From NCBI GenBank assembly GCA_023136205.1, contig JAGLRQ010000095.1, positions 1 through 13,171 on the forward strand: a stretch of 13,171 bases of DNA, read 5' to 3'. A program made the translations under genes and the position numbers. The DNA comes from Candidatus Auribacterota bacterium. Its GTDB lineage: Bacteria; Auribacterota; UBA6266. The notes beneath the pieces were generated by a model. It did no database searches. It was not told the origin of the DNA and worked only from the letters and a program-made list of their open reading frames with translations. Below, piece by piece: positions 1 through 3,833 of this stretch; position 1 is the first letter of the stretch, and each line of letters opens with the position of its first letter.

Positions 1-174
1 GACTTCGGCCGCTTGCCTGGGGAAGGCCAAAGAAGAAAAAATAGTCGCTGTCCCTATTTTACGTATATTTATTACGATGAAGAGAATAATCAAATACTTG
101 TAGATTATGAAGCAAAGGAAGCAGGGAAGCATTACACAATAAAGGGTGTAAATTTTCAAAATATAAGGAAATAG
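1..174 (+). CDS. 3' end of a CDS entering from the left edge (57 codons plus TAG); hypothetical protein, possibly a paralogue of the 2010-2771 product
   Basis: Frame 1 is open from nt 1 to TAG 172-174 (followed by TAA 175-177). It reads ...CPYFTYIYYDEENNQILVDYEAKEAGKHYTIKGVNFQNIRK*. It is not in the ORF track because it has no start and is under 60 aa. The ending (YIYYD...VNFQNIRK) loosely resembles the ending of the 2010-2771 protein (ISYYIDD...LDIRYDNLRVR). The same repeat element follows both stop codons. Confidence 0.45.
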   Translation, partial: DFGRLPGEGQRRKNSRCPYFTYIYYDEENNQILVDYEAKEAGKHYTIKGVNFQNIRK

Positions 175-233
175 TAAGAAAATAGAAGGAAATAGGGAGC
201 AGACACCTATTAAATTCCTCGACGACAAACTCC
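160..233 (+). repeat. Repeat element copy R1 (full length), beginning at the stop codon of the 1-174 CDS
   Basis: AATATAAGGAAATAGTAAGAAAATAGAAGGAAATAGGGAGCAGACACCTATTAAATTCCTCGACGACAAACTCC. Three tandem GAAATAGnnn units of about 10-11 nt. Hairpin AATAGG 191-196 / CCTATT 206-211 with a 9-nt loop. The right arm CTCGACGACAAAC matches CTCGATGACAAAG in R3. Confidence 0.7.
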
Positions 234-342
234 TTTTTTGTTGATTAATTTTTTGATGTATTTTTTTAATATTGCAGTCGTGGTATATCCCTCCCAGAGC
301 AACTTTGTTTTAAATTATTCTTCGCAAGTCACTTTCATTCGG

Positions 343-380
343 CACGTGCCGATAATCCCCGGATTATCCGACGTGTTTTT
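343..380 (+). terminator. Rho-independent terminator candidate (probably ends the transcript of the left-edge gene or a short RNA)
   Basis: CACGT 343-347 pairs with ACGTG 371-375. GATAATC(C) 351-358 pairs with (G)GATTATC 361-368. There is a small internal loop, and TTTTT 376-380 follows immediately. Confidence 0.55.
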
Positions 381-384
381 CTGT

Positions 385-552
385 CACAAAAGCCGCTAAA
401 AAAGAAGCACCTTTTGCGCCAGAAAAATCCCCTCATTCCGTTAGACATAACAAGTTCTGTCTACTTGCCGGCTTGTGGTTTATCAGGTGTAGTACACGAT
501 GGCATCGTTGCTCTTCCCACCCCGGCATAGCACTGGATAACGCGGATGTATA
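385..552. other. GC-enriched non-coding segment with nested helices; unclassified candidate structured RNA or decayed sequence
   Basis: No ORF of 60 aa or more in any frame; the short ORFs lack SD sequences. Helices seen by eye: TAGACA 442-447 / TGTCTA 458-463; TGCCGG 466-471 / CCGGCA 522-527 enclosing GTGG 475-478 / CCAC 517-520 and ACGAT 496-500 / ATCGT 504-508. Visibly more GC-rich than the flanking AT-rich DNA. I recognised no known riboswitch, tRNA, tmRNA, SRP or RNase P signature. Confidence 0.25.
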
Positions 553-583
553 TTTTTTTAGCTGCAAATAGCAGCTAAAAAAA
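553..583. repeat. Perfect inverted repeat, 13-bp arms, 5-nt spacer
   Basis: TTTTTTTAGCTGC 553-565, AAATA 566-570, GCAGCTAAAAAAA 571-583. The T-run is 5' and the A-run 3' of the GC core on both strands, so the runs pair with each other rather than acting as a terminator U-tract. Confidence 0.8.
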
Positions 584-646
584 AGAAGAAAAATCTTTTA
601 CTACTAATAAATAGTATTATGAGTATAGATTCATTGAAGGGGTTAC

Positions 647-675
647 TTGACAATACTACTTATAAGTGGTATTGT
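647..675 (+). promoter_or_regulatory. sigma70-type promoter of the NTase/HTH operon
   Basis: TTGACA 647-652, 17-nt spacer, TATTGT 670-675 preceded by TGG 667-669 (extended -10 TGn). The predicted transcription start lies just upstream of or at the SD GGAGG 682-686, giving a very short leader. Confidence 0.5.
653..672. promoter_or_regulatory. 20-bp palindrome (candidate operator) filling the -35/-10 spacer
   Basis: ATACTACTTA|TAAGTGGTAT: 9 of 10 positions are complementary, with the single T657/G668 mismatch. It starts directly after the -35 hexamer and overlaps the first 3 nt of the -10. Confidence 0.45.
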
Positions 676-691
676 ATTGTTGGAGGTTAAG

Positions 692-1387
692 ATGAAAGAT
701 ATTCCATATTTAGTTAGTGAACAAAAAAGAATTACTAAACTAGTTATCGAAAATTTTAAGAGTTATTATTTGACTGGCGGTACAGCGTTATCATTCTATT
801 TGAACCACCGGTTTTCTGAAGATTTAGATTTTTTCACTCATAATTATAAAAAAGAAGATCCAAATAAGATTATGGAATTTATTAAACAGAAAACGGGTTT
901 TGAATTTGAACCTGGGGATGAACAGGATGATCCAAAGTTTATTCCTATTCGGATATTTTATTTAGGGCTTAAAGATGAAGAAAATTTGAAGGTTGATTTT
1001 GTACAGGATTATACAGAAAACATTGAAGATATTAAAGATGGATTACATTCTATAAAAGATATTTATTATAGGAAGTTAATTTCTGCTGTTGGTTTAGGGG
1101 AAAAAGAATCTGAATTGGGTCGACTCGTACCAACTGGCCGGCAAGAAACAAAGGATTTGTACGATATTTATTGTTTATCAACAAAATTTGAACCTTTGTC
1201 AGAGTTCTTTTTTGAATATTTTTCTTATGATAAAGCTGAGAGACTTATTATTTGGTATAAAACATTTAATAGAACTAACTTGAAATTTGAATTATTGGAT
1301 TTAGTTGAAAATATTGATGTACAGAAAATATTAAAAGCATTAGATGATGAGATACTTAAAAAGATTCCTGACAAGTTGATATCCTAA
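692..1387 (+). CDS. Nucleotidyltransferase, AbiEii/AbiGii (DUF1814)-like putative toxin, 231 aa
   Basis: Frame is that of track ORF 647..1387. I prefer ATG 692 (GGAGG 682-686, 5-nt spacer), because TTG 647 is the -35 hexamer of the promoter. Motif YLTGGTALSFYLNHRFSEDLDFF: GG at nt 776-781 and D-x-D at nt 821-829. This is the pol-beta NTase G[GS]-x(9-13)-DxD pattern in the GGTAL...RFSEDxDF form that I recognise from AbiEii proteins. A second AbiEii-like motif, KDLYDIY, lies at nt 1151-1171. Confidence 0.75.
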   Translation: MKDIPYLVSEQKRITKLVIENFKSYYLTGGTALSFYLNHRFSEDLDFFTHNYKKEDPNKIMEFIKQKTGFEFEPGDEQDDPKFIPIRIFYLGLKDEENLKVDFVQDYTENIEDIKDGLHSIKDIYYRKLISAVGLGEKESELGRLVPTGRQETKDLYDIYCLSTKFEPLSEFFFEYFSYDKAERLIIWYKTFNRTNLKFELLDLVENIDVQKILKALDDEILKKIPDKLIS

Positions 1388-1397
1388 GGAGATTAAA

Positions 1398-1910
1398 ATG
1401 AAGAGAAATTGGCTTTGGGATAGCCGTCTTAGTGTAGAGGAAGCCGAAAATATTCTTAAGGATAGATCAGATCCCAGATTTGACTATTTTGCAGAGAAGT
1501 TGATTTCGAGAGATAGTCCGAAAGTTGTTTTTGACTTGATGAGTGAAGAATCTTTCTGTAGGAGATGGCCGCAAATTAAAAAAAGGATGAGAAAGAATCA
1601 ATGGTCAAAGCAAAGAGTTGATTTCTGGGATGTGATATACAAGAGGGTTTATGCCCAGCTTAAAGAAAAAGGAATAATGATCAGGAAGCCGGAGAGAGTT
1701 GACATTTCTCATGAGCGAATGGAAGTATCAACTCAAATTAGAAAGATACGTAAATCTACAGGGCTTACTCAAAAAGATGTTGCAGGTAGGTTGGGAGTAA
1801 TACAACAGTATATATCTAAAATTGAGACAGGACATGAGAATATTTCCATAGATACTTTAAAACGGATTGCTGATGTATTGGACAAAAAGTTAATAGTTAG
1901 GTTGCGATAA
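1398..1910 (+). CDS. XRE-family helix-turn-helix protein with an uncharacterised ~105-aa N-terminal domain; putative antitoxin/regulator
   Basis: ATG 1398 is preceded by AAGGAG 1386-1391, which overlaps the NTase stop TAA 1385-1387, with a 6-nt spacer. Residues ~110-165 (nt ~1725-1895), QIRKIRKSTGLTQKDVAGRLGVIQQYISKIETGHENISIDTLKRIADVL, form a classic XRE/Cro-type HTH. I do not recognise the N-terminal part (WLWDSRLSVEEAENILKDRSDPRF...RVDFWDVIY). Confidence 0.8.
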   Translation: MKRNWLWDSRLSVEEAENILKDRSDPRFDYFAEKLISRDSPKVVFDLMSEESFCRRWPQIKKRMRKNQWSKQRVDFWDVIYKRVYAQLKEKGIMIRKPERVDISHERMEVSTQIRKIRKSTGLTQKDVAGRLGVIQQYISKIETGHENISIDTLKRIADVLDKKLIVRLR

Positions 1911-1950
1911 GAGATATATAGTTTAGGAAAATAGGGGAAAATAGGGACAC
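1911..1950 (+). repeat. Repeat element copy R2 (left part only), beginning right after the HTH gene stop
   Basis: GAGATATATAGTTTAGGAAAATAGGGGAAAATAGGGACAC. It aligns with R3 (GAGATATATA[TTA]GTTTAGGAGAAAATAGGGAAATAGGGTC). The hairpin and right arm of R1/R3 are absent. Confidence 0.65.
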
Positions 1951-2009
1951 GTTGAGCTAGCCCGGATTTAACGGACACTGTAAAATGGAGACAGATAAAA
2001 GGCGGATTT

Positions 2010-2771
2010 ATGAAAACAAATCTATATAGAGTTGTTATTATAGTTTTAGGATTGGTTTCACTAATGTCCAAGAGTGGATGTTATCATTTAACGAAAAAGC
2101 AAGAATGGAATACTATTGCCATGTTTGACTTTGATAAAGGCGGGATATGGAATATATCACTTGAGGAAACGGACCCTGGTCTTATTTGGTCTATTGTAGA
2201 TGATGCGGGTCGATTCTCAGGCATCACTCAAGATACTGAATGGATTGGAAACCGCATTTGGTTACCAGTTACTGGAGATAAATGTACAACAATAGAGATT
2301 TCTGGTGATTTTAAAATTAACCAAAGCAGTGGTCATCAATTGGTAGGTCTCTGGGGACTAACAGATAATAATAAAATTGGCTGGAGTCCTTTATGTATGT
2401 ACTTCGAAGGTAAAAATGGTACGGGATGTTATTATATTCAAACGCGCTGGCTAAAACTTAAATCCAAACGTATACAGAAGAGAAAAACCAAACGTGGGAT
2501 TGTTTTTTTGCAAGGTGAAACGGCTAAGGCGGTTAAGCATGAGTTTAGTAACCCCCAAAAAGGTTTTCATACGATGAAGATGGTGCTTAATAGAGAATCC
2601 TCTGAGATATCATATTATATCGATGATATCTCTTTAGGAGTAGTCAAGGTAGAAGGCGAAATAGGTCCAATTACAAAAGTGATGATGGATATCGAAACTC
2701 CTGTATCGGGAGTAGAATTGGATATTCGGTATGATAACCTTAGAGTACGAAGTTCTGGAGATATATATTAG
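2010..2771 (+). CDS. Secreted or membrane-anchored hypothetical protein, beta-sandwich (concanavalin-A/LamG-like or DUF1080-like) by impression
   Basis: The 253-aa ORF starts with a basic then hydrophobic N-terminus, MKTNLYRVVIIVLGLVSLMSKSGC (Cys24; the lipobox is imperfect because position -3 is K). The body is strand-like, with ISYYIDDISLG and LDIRYDNLRVR endings typical of lectin-like jelly rolls. The fold call is weak. Confidence 0.6.
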   Translation: MKTNLYRVVIIVLGLVSLMSKSGCYHLTKKQEWNTIAMFDFDKGGIWNISLEETDPGLIWSIVDDAGRFSGITQDTEWIGNRIWLPVTGDKCTTIEISGDFKINQSSGHQLVGLWGLTDNNKIGWSPLCMYFEGKNGTGCYYIQTRWLKLKSKRIQKRKTKRGIVFLQGETAKAVKHEFSNPQKGFHTMKMVLNRESSEISYYIDDISLGVVKVEGEIGPITKVMMDIETPVSGVELDIRYDNLRVRSSGDIY

Positions 2772-2835
2772 TTTAGGAGAAAATAGGGAAATAGGGTCAA
2801 TAGCCCCCTAATAAACTTCTCGATGACAAAGTCTC
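2757..2835 (+). repeat. Repeat element copy R3 (full length), overlapping the last codons and stop of the 2010-2771 CDS
   Basis: GGAGATATATATTAGTTTAGGAGAAAATAGGGAAATAGGGTCAATAGCCCCCTAATAAACTTCTCGATGACAAAGTCTC. Hairpin TAGGG 2792-2796 / CCCTA 2806-2810 has a 9-nt loop, the same loop length as in R1. Confidence 0.7.
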
Positions 2836-3019
2836 TCAACAATTACCGGTTGTATTATTTGAGGCGTTTTTTTTAGGGTTTTAAGACAGAATTTTATATC
2901 GTCATGGTTTCCCAAACAAAAGAATTTTACGATATCTTTTTCCCGCAAATAAGCTATGCGGCTGCTTTTAATTCGTCCTGTGGATACTTATCCTCAAAGA
3001 AAACCTCTTTAGGTATCAT
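2808..3019 (-). pseudogene. Possible decayed small ORF (frameshifted), unknown family
   Basis: On the minus strand, ATG at 3019-3017 opens MIPKEVFFEDKYPQDELKAAA, ending at a stop (2956-2954). A second frame continues ...YLREKDIVKFFCLGNHDDIKFCLKTLKKTPQIIQPVIVERLCHREVY* with its stop at 2810-2808 inside R3. There is no SD. The ending V.V....HREVY* is only reminiscent of RelE/ParE-type C-termini. Confidence 0.2.
2834..2874 (+). terminator. Possible intrinsic terminator of the 2010-2771 gene
   Basis: TCTCAA 2834-2839 pairs with TTGAGG 2859-2864 (one G-U). There is an inner ACAA/TTGT helix around loop TTACCGG, then GC and T8 at 2867-2874. The stem is AT-rich and interrupted. Confidence 0.4.
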
Positions 3020-3037
3020 TAGAATTTCTTTAATATA

Positions 3038-3066
3038 TTGACAGTACTCGTTTAACAAAATATAAT
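3038..3066 (+). promoter_or_regulatory. Consensus sigma70 promoter for the uppS operon
   Basis: TTGACA 3038-3043, exactly 17 nt, TATAAT 3061-3066; 38 nt upstream of the uppS ATG. Confidence 0.7.
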
Positions 3067-3104
3067 CTCCGTTGATAATTTTCCGGCAGTTAACAGGTGA
3101 ATAT

Positions 3105-3833
3105 ATGGATAAAATAACTATTCCTGAACATATAGCGATTATAATGGATGGAAACGGCCGCTGGGCTAAGAAGCGGGGCCTTCCCAGGGTAAAAGGGCAC
3201 TATGAAGGCGCCAAAGGGGTAAGGGGTATTGTTGAATCCTGCTCGGACATTGGTGTTAAATACCTGACGCTCTATGCTTTTTCAACGGAGAACTGGAAAC
3301 GTCCCAAGGCCGAAATCTGGGCGCTTATGGCTTTGCTTAAAAGATTTCTTAAGGCTGAACTTAAAACAATGATGAAGAATGATATCCGGTTTAAGACTAT
3401 CGGGGATATTAAAAAACTTCCGTCCGATGTTCGCGCTGAAATAAAGTCTGTAACTAAGAAGACCGCGCTTAATAGGGGCCTTACTTTTATCCTCGCTTTA
3501 AACTATGGTTCAAGGCCCGAAATTGTTAAAGCAGCAAGGGCAATCGCTAAAGAATGTGTTGAAGGAAAGATTAATCCTTCTTCTATTGATGAGAGCGTTT
3601 TTGAAAAACATTTAGACACCTGTGATATTCCTGACCCCGACCTGCTTATAAGAACCAGCGGGGAGATGAGAATAAGCAATTTCCTTTTGTGGCAATTGTC
3701 TTATTCCGAATTTTATATTACCGATGTGCTGTGGCCGGACTTCGATAAAAAAGAACTGAAAAAAGCTGTCAGGGAATATTCAAAAAGGGAAAGAAGATTT
3801 GGAGAAACCCGCAAAAAGGCTGTGAAAGAATGA
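3105..3833 (+). CDS. uppS: Undecaprenyl (isoprenyl) diphosphate synthase
   Basis: HIAIIMDGNGRWAKKRGL, YAFSTENWKRP and RTSGEMRISNFLLWQLSYSEFY are hallmark cis-prenyltransferase motifs. I prefer ATG 3105 (MDKITIPEH...) over the track's TTG 3072, which lies only 6 nt after the -10 hexamer. Confidence 0.93.
   Translation: MDKITIPEHIAIIMDGNGRWAKKRGLPRVKGHYEGAKGVRGIVESCSDIGVKYLTLYAFSTENWKRPKAEIWALMALLKRFLKAELKTMMKNDIRFKTIGDIKKLPSDVRAEIKSVTKKTALNRGLTFILALNYGSRPEIVKAARAIAKECVEGKINPSSIDESVFEKHLDTCDIPDPDLLIRTSGEMRISNFLLWQLSYSEFYITDVLWPDFDKKELKKAVREYSKRERRFGETRKKAVKE

Noticed and set aside
278-380. Promoter TTGATT(241-246)-18-TTTAAT(265-270) driving a ~100-nt sRNA with an anti-SD CCCTCCC (289-295) that could pair with the NTase SD (a type I-like RNA antitoxin).
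   Set aside because: The promoter is weak (the invariant -10 A2 is missing). Complementarity to GGAGG is only 5 bp, which is expected by chance. It is mentioned only as something RNA-seq would settle.
256-399. 47-codon ORF (MYFFNIAVVVYPSQSNF...CHKSR) on the + strand.
   Set aside because: It has no SD and an implausible composition. It reads straight through the terminator hairpin at 343-380 and is below any useful length.
466-545. TPP-riboswitch-like or other known riboswitch strings (ACCTGAT on the minus strand, CTGGATAA on the plus strand); tRNA or tmRNA fragment as an att site.
   Set aside because: The matches are isolated 7-8-mers. The obligatory CUGAGA/GGGGUGC context is missing, and there is no T-loop GGTTCRANYC or tag-ORF signature.
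553-583. Bidirectional rho-independent terminator.
   Set aside because: A terminator needs the U-tract 3' of the hairpin. Here, on both strands, the T-run is 5' and the A-run 3', so it is just a long dyad.
619-690. 23-codon upstream ORF (MSIDSLKGLLDNTTYKWYCIVGG) ending 1 nt before the NTase ATG.
   Set aside because: It has no SD, and it spans the predicted promoter and operator, so it would not be on the transcript if that promoter is used. It was kept only as a note.
647-691. Track start TTG 647 for the NTase (15 extra residues, MTILLISGIVLLEVK).
   Set aside because: TTG 647 is part of a TTGACA -35 hexamer. ATG 692 has a GGAGG SD at ideal spacing.
1769-2071. 100-aa minus-strand ORF spanning R2.
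   Set aside because: It overlaps the well-supported HTH CDS end and the 2010 CDS start on the opposite strand, and it has no SD. It was useful only to show that the R copies are not consistently coding.
160-2835. The R elements could be integron attC sites, making the locus a cassette array or CALIN.
   Set aside because: The GTTTAGG at the left end does not fit GTTRRRY. No inverse core RYYYAAC pairs with it, and the order (GTT... first, ...AAC last) is opposite to attC. No intI-like gene is in the window. R2 lacks any hairpin.
160-2835. CRISPR array or other regularly spaced repeat.
   Set aside because: There are only three copies, with irregular spacing (about 1.7 kb and 0.85 kb). The intervening DNA is protein-coding, and the repeats differ in length.
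3072-3104. N-terminal extensions suggested by the ORF track for uppS (3072), dxr (4618) and nusA (10261).
   Set aside because: In each case the conserved family N-terminus begins at a downstream ATG (3105, 4666, 10327). The extensions overlap a promoter, the preceding gene or a leader hairpin.
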